DNA from: Octopus sinensis | Taxonomy: Eukaryota | Assembly (NCBI RefSeq): GCF_006345805.1 | Contig: NC_043001.1 | Span: 44,950,001-45,014,000 of the forward strand | Direction: 5' to 3' | Length of the DNA stretch: 64,000 nucleotides | Part shown: one piece after another, positions 23,630 to 36,016 of the stretch | How the letters are laid out: each line of letters starts with the position of its first letter | Numbering within the stretch: position 1 is the first letter of the stretch | Position numbers and translations under genes: made by a program | Notes under the pieces: generated by a model | The model's database searches: none | What the model was told of the DNA's origin: nothing | What the model saw: only the letters and a program-made list of their open reading frames with translations

Positions 23630-24535
23630 TCTGAGAAAAATTTTTTGAAAATTCAAGAACAGCGCCGCCAAAAAAGTCATGAACTTTTTGAAATTCAAAT
23701 GAATCTTCGGAAGATCAATGCTGAGCTGGAGAAGATAAACCGAGCAGATGATAAGTACTTGGCATTGCTAACTCAAGAGCATGCAATCATACAGAGAGAG
23801 GCAAACTTAAACAATGATTTAAGCGATCTTGAAAAGCTAGAGAAAGAACATTTCACAGCTCTATCAATATCAGTACGAGAAAGTCATGAAAAAGAACGTG
23901 CTCAATCTGAGAAAACCAAATATTGGTCTGTTATTGGTTCCATTATTGGTGCCTTGCTAGGCATCATTGGTACAACCATAAACAACAAAATGAGAATGAA
24001 TGAGTTACGTTCAATTGTGACCAAATCTACTGAAGAGGGGCAACAGCAAAGGGCTTTAACAGAGAAGGTAATTACTGCTTTAAAGAAACAATTGGCTTCA
24101 ACAGAGACTTTCATCTCTGAGTTACATGGTCTATTGAAATCAAATGTGTTAACTCCAGCAACTCTCTCTAATATCGGAGAACAATTTATTCATTACAATA
24201 AGGAACATGCTAAAGATTCAAGTGCTGCTTTCTTAACTGGTAGCTCCCAAAAACTGGAGCAGCAAACTGCAGAGTTATTGACCTGCCTTAAACACCAGGA
24301 CAAATTCCTAACAATTGAACTGTCAGCCATTAAAGAACTCTTACAAAAAACTCACATGGATGTAAACAAAGATGGCATTATCTATATTAACCCTGATATT
24401 GATCACCATCTTGAAGACAATAATCGGAAACTGGAACAACGCCTGAAATTGCACTCTTTAGCAACAGTGACTTTCATTTATGCAGCATTTGCTTTAACTC
24501 TGCCTGTACTGTATTCAATCTTTCGAGGGAACTGA
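23630..24535 (+). CDS. CCDC51: CCDC51 / MITOK, coding exon 2
   Basis: Acceptor ctctcttacag at 23628-23629, in frame with exon 1. Contains VRESHEKERAQSEKTKYWSVIGSIIGALLGIIGTTINNKMR (CCDC51 signature plus TM1) and a C-terminal hydrophobic helix (TM2). Stop TGA at 24535. Confidence 0.95.
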   Translation, partial: SEKNFLKIQEQRRQKSHELFEIQMNLRKINAELEKINRADDKYLALLTQEHAIIQREANLNNDLSDLEKLEKEHFTALSISVRESHEKERAQSEKTKYWSVIGSIIGALLGIIGTTINNKMRMNELRSIVTKSTEEGQQQRALTEKVITALKKQLASTETFISELHGLLKSNVLTPATLSNIGEQFIHYNKEHAKDSSAAFLTGSSQKLEQQTAELLTCLKHQDKFLTIELSAIKELLQKTHMDVNKDGIIYINPDIDHHLEDNNRKLEQRLKLHSLATVTFIYAAFALTLPVLYSIFRGN

Positions 24536-25066
24536 ATCATCGTGATTTTTTAGAAAAAAAAAAAAAATTCATGGTATGAATTTTATCTGAATCTGTGATA
24601 GCAAATTTTGTATCTACACGACGCCTTCCTGTTTTTTTTTTTTAAATGATTTATTTGTAATTTCTCATAGACTTGAGTGATTTGCTGATCATTTAAATAG
24701 TTATTTTCTTAGACTGATGTTGATATTGCAACATCATAACAGCATCTACTAAGATATAAAATTAACAAATGAAGTGGGTGTGGGATTATATTGTATCTTA
24801 CTTTTCGATTAGCTATTGAAAGTTACATTTTTGTATAAATCACTTGAATGATTTTTTCAACAATGATTGCATTTTCTGCTTCCAGGCACAAATGTAAAGA
24901 TGTCTGCTATTATTACATTCAGACCTTAAACTGATTCAAATTGACTGAGCAATTTCTAATAGCCGTTTCCATCTGACTCTCAATATACAAAAATTATAAA
25001 TGACAAGACACCAAAACATTTTTCTGCCAATCACTATATTCTTCATTAATATTTTAAAAAATAAGG

Positions 25067-25072
25067 AATAAA
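25067..25072 (+). promoter_or_regulatory. candidate polyadenylation signal of CCDC51
   Basis: AATAAA about 530 nt after the stop codon. Confidence 0.3.
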
Positions 25073-26110
25073 ATAGAAACCACTTTAAAAGATGAGGAAT
25101 ACAATTTTGTGTAATGACATTGGAAAATTTCTTAGGAATGCCTTTCGCATGAAAAACATACATTTAAGTGTAGGCTACTATACTTAATGCATCTTCATTA
25201 TGTTTTGTTAATCTGCACTTGTCAGTGCAGTTCATAGTAATTTGTTTCAAACCATATGGTCTCTATAATTACATTTCCTCCAATGACTTGTGGACGCTGA
25301 GAACTTTTTTAAGTAGTATCAGAAGATGGATAGAGTATCTGTCTACTTGCTTCTGGATCACAACTTCATATCCACTGCTGGCATATTCTTGTTTTCCTCA
25401 GTTTAGTTATAAATACTAGATCAATTTGTAAATGCTGTCTTAGACCAGAGTCAACTTTGCCATTAGGTCTGAACTCTGATCCTGGTTACTTGCTAATGTA
25501 TGCTACAGTCTTTTCCATGTTAAACTCTTCTATCATGGAGCATCTTCCTCCTTTAGATAGCTATTATCCTTTAACCTCATTTGGTTCTAACTCCACAAAT
25601 AACCTTATAACTCTGTATCACCTCAATCTCAATTCCCTCTGCAAGCCCAGGTTCTGTGATGAGCTATCATTCCAAAGAATAAAGACTACCAAACAGCAGT
25701 AAATTCAGTCCAACATTATTGTCCCCCTGTAGTCACTATCAGAAACTTCTAACATACATAATTAATTAACAGTAATCACCCTCCGGATAATCCCAGCCAA
25801 TGCACTAATGCAAACGCAAAGAGACCTTATTGCTCTGCCACTTCTGCACTCACACAATGAAGTGCTACACAGTGGAATCAGGCAACTTGGGAATAGCCTG
25901 TGGCCCTCTACTTAATGTTTTATCAACTGCCACTTTACCACAAGTCTATAATGAGAAATGCTTATTGGGGTTCCTTGATACCAACAACAACAATAAAAGA
26001 AAAACAATCAACTTTTATCTTCCTAATGATTGAGTTACTTTGATATAAAACTTCATTGATACATTATTTACATTTGACAGATATTTGTCCTCATCTTGTT
26101 TGTTCTTAAC

Positions 26111-26153
26111 ACAACATTTTGGCTGATATACCATCTGGCCTTCATCAGGTGTC
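26111..26153 (-). ncRNA. degenerate minimal hammerhead in a Penelope pseudo-LTR
   Basis: ACAC CTGATGA A GGC...GCC AAAA TGTT GTGT. The GAAAC motif has decayed to AAAAT; stem I ACAC/GTGT is retained. Confidence 0.5.
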
Positions 26154-26623
26154 TTAGGGAAATTTTGAACCTGAGTTCTCATCCCTGTTGTGGTGGTGGT
26201 GGCAGTGGCGGCGGCAGCGTTGTTGTTGTTGTTAACCACTACACCAATAGAAGAGAATATGACCAAAGACTGCATGTACTCCATCCCATGCAGCTGTGGT
26301 AAGTTATACAAAGGCGAAGCATGCCGCCCCCTCAAAATAAGGGTAGATGAACATTGCAAAGCTGTGACACGAGGAGATATTGATAAATCGAGTATAGCTG
26401 ATCATGTATGGAAAAATGGAGACCACCTCCTCCTGTGGATGAAGTTAAAATAATAAATAGAGAACACCACTGGAAAATACAAAAACTAAAAGAAGCAGCA
26501 CATGTTAGGACACAGCAACCTCCTGAGCAGACCAAGTGCAGATATGAGTAGTATATGGGAACCAGTATTAAGGAAGAATAGGAAAATATTAGATTTATAA
26601 GCCCTAAAATTCACTCCATAATT

Positions 26624-26690
26624 GCCCATATGGCTTAGTGGTTAAGGGCATGGGCTGCTAACCCCAAGATTCCGAGTTCGATTCCAGACC
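26624..26690 (+). promoter_or_regulatory. tRNA-derived Pol III promoter (A and B boxes) inside the Penelope pLTR
   Basis: A box TGGCTTAGTGG at 26631-26641, B box GTTCGATTCC at 26676-26685, GCT anticodon-like loop, followed by (AAT)n. No full cloverleaf. Confidence 0.65.
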
Positions 26691-28619
26691 TGAATAATAA
26701 TAATAACAATAATAATACTGAAAAATACTTTAGGAATGAATGAGAACGCAGGTTTGAAATTTCCCCAAGACACCTGATGAAAAAACGTGTTAACAGAGAT
26801 GAAGACAAATATCCGTCAAATGTAAATAATGTTCCTCATCTCTTAAATATAGAACTGTAAAACTTCATTGATATATGAACTTCAATAAATAAGTTTCTTC
26901 ACACTGACTGATCACAAATGCATTTATGGGAATGATTGGTATTTCCTTCCCAGAAGCATTTAAGTGTGTAATATATGAAACTATGGACAAGAAATATAGA
27001 CTGTCACTTCTATACATTGTCGTATGAAGCAATAGTGAAGAGTCAGTTCAATATTATAGTTTCCCTATAATCATGAATAGAATCTTCCAACAGAAATCTT
27101 TAGCATTCTGTGTACCACTGCTAGATAATCCTATTCAAAGCACCCACATTTCCCTATCATTATTGATATATCATTTCCCAAACTCTGTTCTATAGACTTT
27201 GCATAATCATCAGACTTTGCCTGTTAGTTTCGATAGAAGAATTGTGCATTGTAGTAACTGAATAGACTTATTGATCGATCTTTTTGAGGGTTCTTGTCAC
27301 TATTTCAACTTTTGAAATTTGATATAAATTAGTGAAGCAGAGGAAATCAAAATCTCTTTAAAAATGCAAAAAACAAAATCGAATTTATGCAATGAGTAAT
27401 GTAGTGCATTTCAACTGAGTAGATAGCTATAATATGAAGAGAAGTATTATCTTGGAAGCAAACATTTATATGCCTTCAAACATGGTGTTCTGTAAAAGGA
27501 ATTTTTTTTATTAAAAAAAGATATAGAATTTAACAACAAATTCCATAATAATATTCTGTAATAAAAGTAATAGAAATCATCAAAAACAAGTCTCTTGTAT
27601 CTGTGGCTTCTTGTCAAATTACACCATTATGATGTGTGCTAATAGAGCTCTTTCTGACCCACATTCTATCAACTCTGTGCCCCAGAGTTTGGTTTTGTCT
27701 GCAAACTCTTCCTCCTATACATCAGTGACTTACTTGCTGTCACTTTCAACAATGGTCACTCCCGCGAAGATGATATACCACCCTTCATTTCTCCAAATAT
27801 TCACAAGCAGCCTAGACATCGCAAACCAAATCTACATTGATTCCATGAAATAAAATGCCATAAATATTCTCCAGTGGATTATGTCAGTTTTGTCAACAAT
27901 CAATACACAATCATTACACATGAGCAATACAAAAAACACAATCATTAAACACATCCTCTGCCCCTACCCCTCTCACCTGTTCTTCTGTTGCATCTTCACC
28001 AACTTGTACCTTGAAGGTACATCCTGATAGTACATCCTGATACATCATTACCCCCTCTTTTCTCCTTTTCCAGCTGGAGTAACCTTGTGTCTCCTCTACA
28101 GCAAGACACCTGTTCCTATTTAACTGTCTTGCTGTAGCCTCTGAACACCTGGCATAAACCACCTCCCTCAATACTACCTCCCCTCTATCAAGGGGTCTTG
28201 TTTTGCAAGCTACTTGATGATCTTATTAGTACTGTTGATATGGAAAAGCATCCAGTGTACTCTGTAAAGTGGTTGGTGTTAGGAAGGGCATCCAGCTGTA
28301 GGAACCATGCCAAATCAGAAACACAGACATTGGAACCTTACACAATCCTCTGACTTGTCAAATCCTTTCAAATCATCTAACTCATTGCAGCACATCATAT
28401 GCATGCTAATTTACAATGATGATGGTGGTGGTGGAAAACATTATAGCCTTACCACACCCCAGTCCGTCCTTAAACATAAACAGTTTGTAATTAGAATTTT
28501 CAAGATTGCTACATATGTTAGACTTTGCCTTCACTGAGGATCTCTCCTAACAAATTACAGATCAAAAGCATAGTCAAAATAGCATCACATAGACATCCAT
28601 AAGTGTATTTCAGATTCTC

Positions 28620-29040
28620 AGCAATTTTTAACTTTCTACAAAGTTCAAGACCCACAATGGAGTGCCATTCCTAGATCAGAGACAGTGTTGCTGATATACA
28701 CTGATATCCTAGAGCATCTAAAGAAGCCACTCAGCTGACTGGCATAAAGTCACTCACCAACACACTCCAAGCTCTAGTCCATAGACATGTCTCCTCTCTT
28801 TTTTTTTTTCACTGACACTGCAATGGCTTCAGATCCTTAGTGCTGACTGGTCTCCTGCCATCTCTGTTTGGGCATCCTCAATTAACTGGTATCTCAACTC
28901 ACCACTCATATTATGTCCACTACCAGTACCAAACCCTATACTAACCATTCCTTCCTCTCCAGAATGTTGACCCTCTGGAATCTTCTCCCCACACATGTCT
29001 CATTTGCATCTCTTCAAGAGGAATGTTAAGTACACCAACT
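28620..29040 (+). mobile_element. degraded CR1/L2-like 3' fragment
   Basis: Weak resemblance to LINE post-RT motifs across broken frames. Confidence 0.3.
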
Positions 29041-29303
29041 TTACCAGTTTTAGATAGGTTGCAAAGGTCTTGGGAACAACATCTTTCTTCAGACTAAACA
29101 AATAATAAATATCATGAAATAAACAAAGAAATTTCTCAATAAACATTTAAATTACAACACATAAGAAACTGACAACATTGCCTTGGTTTATAGAAAGCAT
29201 GGGAAAAATCCCATAACCTGTGACTAGCTTTAAAATTTGTCCCACTGCAAATTTCAACCCCACCACTGTACAAAGCTGTGTATAATAACTTAGAGCATGT
29301 ATA

Positions 29304-29448
29304 AAGGCATGGCTGTGCGGTAAGAAGCTTCCTTCTCAACCACATGGTTCAGGGTTCAGTCCTGCTGCATGATACCTTGGGCAAGTATCTCGGGCTGACC
29401 AAAGTCTTGTGAGTGGATTTGGTAGACGGAAACTGAAAGAAGCCATTT

Positions 29449-29542
<94 letters not shown>

Positions 29543-29910
29543 CTATGAGAGGTTTAGTTCACTGGTGATTTAAATGAATAGGTACACTATGTAAATGCTA
29601 TAATTGGTATCCATTAGATTCCAAGTTCACAGCTGAGGCTGGAGCTAGGGATCTGTAGTAGCCTTCTGAGTTAGCAGGTATATATTTGTGCGTGTGTGTG
29701 TGTGTTTGTCCCCTCCCCCACCATCGCTTGACAGCCGATGTTGGTGTATTTATGTCCCCTGTTACTTAGTGGTTCAGCCGAAGAAACTAACAGAATAATC
29801 ATCAGGCTTACAAAGAATAAGTTCAGGGGTTGATTTCTTCAACTAAAAGGTGGTGCTCCATCATGGCCACAGTCAAATGTCTGAAACAAGTAAAAGAATA
29901 AAAGAATGTA
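29304..29910 (+). mobile_element. SINE family 1, interrupted by (TA)n(GA)n and extra sequence
   Basis: Head at about 29306, body resumes at about 29690. Confidence 0.75.
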
Positions 29911-30304
29911 TGGTGCTACTATAGTATGATATCTACCTTACTATTTGTGACCTACCATAAATGCACTCTACCAAACAACCCACTTATGGCCTTCAGCAAC
30001 TAATCAACCTCCAAACTTAGAGGATTCTGAGGCAGAACTTATAATAAGAAGAACTATGGGGTATGAATAGATGGCCTCCCACTTATTAAATTTTGCTAAT
30101 CTGTCTCCAGTAAAATTTTATTGTAAGTTATTTATATTGATACAACAGCTGGAGAATCTAATAATTTTATTTTATGATAAGAACATTACAAGTAATACCA
30201 TATATTATAAAATAAATAGGGTATATAAACTAAATAACTAATTCTGGTTTTTAAAAAAAACTCAAGAGTGACAGCCTAGAAAATTTTAAATAATGATTTC
30301 TCAT

Positions 30305-30535
30305 TTAGGCACAAGGCCAACAATTTGTGAGGAGGGACAAGTGGATTAAAACAGCCCAGTACATTACAGGTGCTTCATTTTATCGACCCTATAAGGATGA
30401 AAGGTAAAGCTAACTTCAGCGGGATTGAACTCAGAACGTAATGGACCATAACTCTATGCTGCAAGGCATGTTGCCCGATGCTTAGGTACAAGGCCAGCAA
30501 TTTAAAGGGAAGGTGAAAATCGATTAGACTCTTGG
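30305..30535 (-). mobile_element. SINE family 2
   Basis: GGTACAAGGCC...GGATGAAAGGTAAAG...GAACTCAGAACG. Confidence 0.7.
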
Positions 30536-30829
30536 GGATTTTATTATTTTGACTGACACAAATTGTGACAAAAAAAGAAAAACAACATAAGAATGGGAAG
30601 AAAACCTGGAGTGTTCTATTTGTTTTCATAACGCACGGAAGAAAAATATTTATCCACAATATATGTAGCCAACATTCATGTGGGCGTATCTTCAACATTT
30701 TAGGGCATTCTTCAACCCTAAGAAGATCAGTCATTTCAAGACGCAACACACTTGCTTCAGGACACATAAAAAAACAAAGAATTTTTTTTTCTTTTTTTTT
30801 TGCTCGGGTCAAACATTTTAGTTTAACCA

Positions 30830-31345
30830 AAAATTATTCTATAGAAGAAAAGCAAACACTTGCTATTGTCAGTCCGTTGATGCAAGAGTTTCGTCCAGAA
30901 ATGATGTCAAAACCCTGCCCAAATACTATTCAGAGAGTAATTAAGAGTAATCAAGCATGCAAACAATATTGAAGGCTCAGAACTATCTGATGGTGATGAG
31001 GAAAAAGCTGCCAAAAGTGAGTCGGAAGATGAAAGCATGCCATCTGAGAATCTTTTGGAGGTGATTGATCCACCTAGAGAAATCCCCTTGGAGGTTTCGC
31101 AGGAGCCAAACATGATGACAGAAAGCTCTATCTCTCTTGTAGGAATCAGTTGTGGTGATCAGGTTAATAAAGATGCCTTGTTTCTTGAAAAAATACAGAA
31201 GGTGTTGGATGAAAACGAGACCTCTACACTTTTCTTGCCATATCAAAGCAAACGCATGTCAACTGTCAGCGAAGCTCCTCGATCCATAAAGAAACGAATA
31301 TTGAAACCGATAAACCTGAAGAATGACAATGACGAGAAATCATGA
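30830..31345 (+). pseudogene. frameshifted coding remnant of unknown (possibly transposon) origin
   Basis: Two open frames are joined if a 10-bp tandem duplication at about 30934-30952 is removed. Acidic low-complexity middle, ends with TGA at 31345. No family recognised. Confidence 0.35.
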
Positions 31346-31964
31346 ATCTATCAGTTATATCTATTTACGGAGTGCTATGTTTTATTATGCATAGTATAAT
31401 AAATACTGCAACTTCACGAAACGGTACTTATACTCTTTTCATTATGTTTTACTCTTTCTGTTTAAGACGTGTTGCTTGTATTGATATCTGTTTAGTCCGC
31501 AGCATTTAAAAAAAAATCCCATTAATTACCATAATTAACAAAGTCCTATTTTTATTATCCAAATGTATATCTTAACTAAAGTGCTAATTTCACCTGTCTC
31601 TTGTTAATTCTTTTGCCTCATTGTGTCGTTGTATGTACTTTAGGATGCTTTTTTCCTAATTTTCGTACATACACTATACAGTTACTGATTCCCACCTACC
31701 CCAATTTATTCCAACCAACCCGCTTATGTGAATTTAAGAAAATGTCCAGCCCACCCGCCCCCTATCATTTGGGAACCGAATGTAAATAACTGGCTTTAAA
31801 AATAAATAAAGGGAGCCAACCTAGAAAATTTTAAAATTTTATACTGTTACCACTATACAAGTACCGATTTTCTAACTCACCCGCTTATATGAATTTAAGC
31901 AAATATCCAACCCACCTGCTTATTCTACCCTCATCCCTATTATTGGGGACCTGAGAGTACTTGA

Positions 31965-32140
31965 CAGCTGGTGTCGGTGTGTTTACGTCCCTGTAACTTA
32001 GCGGTTCAGCATAGAGTGACCAATAGAATAAGTACTAGGTTTTAAAAAAATAAATCCTGGGGTCAGTTTTGTTCGACTAAAACCCTTCAAGACAGTGCCT
32101 CAGCATGGCTGCAATCAAATGACGGAAACAAGGAAAAGAA
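31965..32140 (+). mobile_element. SINE family 1, 3' half
   Basis: GGTGTGTTTACGTCCCTGTAACTTAGCGGTTC... Confidence 0.72.
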
Positions 32141-33599
32141 CAAAAAAAAAAAAAGAAAAAGCAATGTAAAATTGCTCAGCCAGAAACAACCTATATATTA
32201 CATATTTCGCTCACCAAGAGCTTAGCACCACTTGCACAATTTAGGTTTATTTATTTGAAATACTGCTAAGTCTGTAAGCTGGCAGAATCGTAAGAGCATC
32301 GGGGGGAAAAAAACCCACTTTGCTTTTTACAAGCAGGATAGTACGAGTTCATTGATGCTCATTCTTCAAACCTGTCCTATTCATCATAGTCGTACAGTCA
32401 TCTCAGAGGAGTTTAAGGTCGGTTCTCCATGAGAACGTTCATATACTGATGAGCTATAGCTGAATATCTGGAGGGGTTAGCTAGGAAATTCCAGGTATGG
32501 AAACTAAACATATAATCGAAATCACAGACTAAATTTTATCTTGTACGTAAACAGTATAAAAGTGTTACACTATAGAAATATTACAGAGGGGGAGCGCGAA
32601 CTGATATAGGTGTATACACACGATTTGTATACACACGACAAAACGCAGTGAGTAGCCTGTTCGAACCGTGCCTCAAACATATTCGGGTTGATAATAACAT
32701 TACAACTATAGGGATTAAAAGAAACGAAGGGAAGTAATGAAATTGTAAGATATCAGAATTATGCACCTTGGATAGGATACCGGGGAAAGAATTTTACTCC
32801 GGGTCAGCTTTGATTGACAGACTTGTTAAAAATCTTCTTGCTATGACCATTATGCAGTAGTTGTAGTTATTATTTCAGTTATCCAATGCCTCGCTTTTTT
32901 TTCATTTTAGATTATTTCAGTGATATTTGGTTGCTATTTCTAACAGGTTAAGGGATGACATAGAGATTCCTGAAAGAGTCACTGGCTACTGTATGAGAGT
33001 TCTGTTAGCAACACATCAGCTCCTTCAAAAATGATTTCAATATAAATACATTATTTTTTCCAATCTTATAGAACTAGAAAGACAAAAGATGTGACAACAA
33101 AATTACAGAGGCAGTTTGGACATAGTCACAACATTATTAAAACAAAGCAAAATGTTGTGACCTTGACATATTAGAGAAAATTCACATGCTTTATCATAAG
33201 ACACTGAACTAAATAGGGGAAAGGGGGTATCTAGTGCTATCATATGCAGACTTTTTGCTGATAAACCCAGAAACGTCTGCCGAGTCAGAAAGAACTCTCT
33301 CTACATCAGCTGACACCACATGACCAGTTACTATCTAGTTGCATTCTTGACTGTTCCATATGTGTATCACGTGAAAACTTAGCAAATATTTCAAAAGATA
33401 GTTATTTACACACTCGTGCATGCATATATCCCACTTAAGATGCAGGCAGACTTGTGGTTGAAAAGTTAAGTTACACTGGAATTTTGAGCAAATGTCTGTT
33501 ATAGATCCAAACTGGAGGCAGTTTTTCACTTTTTCAATCCATGGAAAAATACCTATATTATATACATAGCTATATAAATTATATACACTGACATCTTAG

Positions 33600-34010
33600 A
33601 CATATATAATTACAGAGGTATCAATTACTGGACCAGGTCATGAAAGTTACAGAAGGGGTCATAGCTCAACTACTTAGGAAGAGAGTAAGCTTAGATGAGA
33701 TGCAATTAGGTTTTGTGGATAGAAGCATCACTGATACTCTATTCCTAGTAAGGTGACTGCAGGAGAAGCATTAAAAAATAACTCTTTGTACTTGGCTTTT
33801 GATGACATGGAGAAAGCTTTTGACAGGGTCCCCCACTCCCTTATCTAGTGGTCAATGTGAAAGCTAGGGATAGATGAGTGATTGGCGAGAGTTGTACAGA
33901 GATACCATCAGTAAGATGAAATTTGAGAATGATTATAGCAAGGATCAGTTCTCAGCAACCCCTTATTCATCATAGTCCTCCAGGTCATAAGAGAAGAATT
34001 TAAGATTGTG
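33600..34010 (+). mobile_element. RTE-clade RT remnant
   Basis: RGI.LLDQVMKVTE.VIAQL.R....DEMQLGF...L.LAF.DMEKAFDRVP with stops. Confidence 0.8.
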
Positions 34011-34258
34011 TAGTGGAATGCGATGTTGATGTTTCAATGTAAGTTGTTGGGTGTAGCAGATGATGCTAGGTGTGCTGGACTGGTGTCAATGGAAAACAAT
34101 AAAGAAAGAATAGGAATGTAGTTTACATTATTTATTTGATCACAGTTGCATTCACATGTTGGATACTGAAAGCTTGATTTGAAATATGAATAAATATGCT
34201 GCTAACTACTTCGAGTCGGCAAAGTTTTGTATGCAGACAAATGTGCATACTAAAACAG

Positions 34259-36016
34259 AGAGAATGTTGATGGGACAAGACAATACAAAGACATATTTTG
34301 TGTCTGTGTGTGTGTTGGCCCATTGCCTGCCTCATTGCTCTGTCTTGTCTCACTCTGTTGGCTCTCTGTTTTCTGCTGGCTCATTGCTGGCTAACTACAC
34401 GTGTGTCTATGGAACTCATATTTATAATGGCCCATTCTAACTAGAAGGATGGATATACCATTATAAGAGTGGCTTGTACCTATTTAGGTCACCTGTTGTC
34501 CATCTGAACTTTCTGTGGCACAACCAGGTCGGAGCTCGAATGGAAACTCATCCATCACTTTGGCAGGACAAATAGTCCTGGTCAGCCAATAGCGGTGGAT
34601 TAGGCCTGCAAGAATTCTTAGATTCAGTTTCGAATCTCAGCTTGGAAAATAAAATGTAGTTTCCACACCATCCACCTTCGAAAGGGATCAAATGATGCAT
34701 GCGAAATTGAAAATGCATGTACAAAGAGAAAATATGGAGCAAAATGTTTTGAAAACAAGGCAAAGCAGATGTGCATGCAAGATTGAGAAAAATTGGAAAT
34801 ATCAGGGGAGAGAATCGTGTGAATGAATGTGGGACAGATATCTATTTGTGTGAGTCTGAATAATGGTGTCGCTTTGCATGCGCAGAATGCAGAATATGTC
34901 AGTCGGTGTGCGACTGAAACAGTGAGTGAGTATGTGAGGGCATATACCTGAGTGTGAGAGAAAGTCCTGCAGCTGTGGAATAAGCTGAGGCAAGTGAGTG
35001 TGTGCATTCTCAATCCATGATATCAGCAAAAGTTTTTTTGCAGGATTGCATTTTGTGTGAAAATGCTTTGTAAGGAGCGCAGAAGCAAAATGTGTCTGGC
35101 GTTGTTGTCGTGGGAATTTGCTAAGATTAGCCAGAACGACTATTGTGTGGTATGCATTGTGTGGTGCATTGTGTAGGACAGATATTTTCCCTATTAACTT
35201 TGTAACCAACCTTGGGTCAAATAAAGGTAAGTTGTGTCTGACAAGGGCACAGAGAGCATGAGCTGACATCCGACATATACAGAGTCAGGAAAAGGAACTG
35301 AGCAAACACAAACATGAGAAAACGACTCTAAAGGCACTATGTTTTAGTGCATGTGTATAAGTGGGTGCAGACATGCAGGTTTGTGTATGAACGTTTAGGA
35401 AAAAAAATTGCTTTACAAACAAAATACAGAGCAGTGCATAAATGGGTCACTGTGCAAAGTAAGAAAGAAACTGCAGATATTCAAAAAGAAAACATGTAAA
35501 GAGAAAAAATAATGTAGTTGAAAGAACTGTATAACTTGTGCAAAAATGTGCAATTCCAGTGACCAATGAGAAAAAAATATATTATAGAAATATAGAACAT
35601 TCAAAAACAAATGAAGGTGTGTTGTGCTAACATAAGAGAACGAAATAAGTAAGCATTTGAAATGCAAAAACATGAAAGCTTGATTTGCAATAGTAAATAT
35701 GCCACTGCATAATGCAGCCAACTATTGTGAGTCAGCGAAATTGGTTACGCAGATAAATATGTGTAGTAAAATGGAGGAATGAGAATGTTGATGGGACAAG
35801 ACAGTACAAAGATATAATTTCTGTCTGTGTGTGTATTCACCCATCGCTTCTACTTTGTTGCTGTGTTGGGTCTGACTTGTCTCACTCTGTTGACTCTGCT
35901 CACTGGTTGCTCATTGCTGGCTAACTATGTGTGTGTCTACAGAACTCATATTTATAATGGCCCATTCTAGCTAGAAGGATGGATCTACCATTATAAGAAT
36001 GGCTTGTACCTATTTA
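34259..36016. repeat. about 230-bp direct repeats (34259-34487 and 35781-36016) flanking about 1.3 kb
   Basis: GAGAATGTTGATGGGACAAGAC...GGCTTGTACCTATTTA is present twice, diverged. Confidence 0.8.

Larger units (their letters stand above)
26037..26870 (+). mobile_element. 5'-truncated Penelope-like element: inverted pLTR fragment, GIY-YIG endonuclease remnant and 3' pLTR
   Basis: 26240-26575 translates as YSIPCSCGKLYKGEACRPLKIRVDEH...KSSIADHVW...IINREHHWK..KLKEA (GIY-YIG, frameshifted). 26040-26185 is an inverted copy of about 26740-26835. Confidence 0.8.

Noticed and set aside
26624-26695. Possible tRNA-Ser(GCT) gene
   Set aside because: The acceptor stem and anticodon stem do not pair and there is no long variable arm. 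It is treated as a tRNA-derived promoter.
32446-32510. CTGATGA-GCTA...TAGC-TAG-GAAA hammerhead-like string
   Set aside because: There is a 3-nt insertion before GAAA and no U16.1 at the cleavage site.
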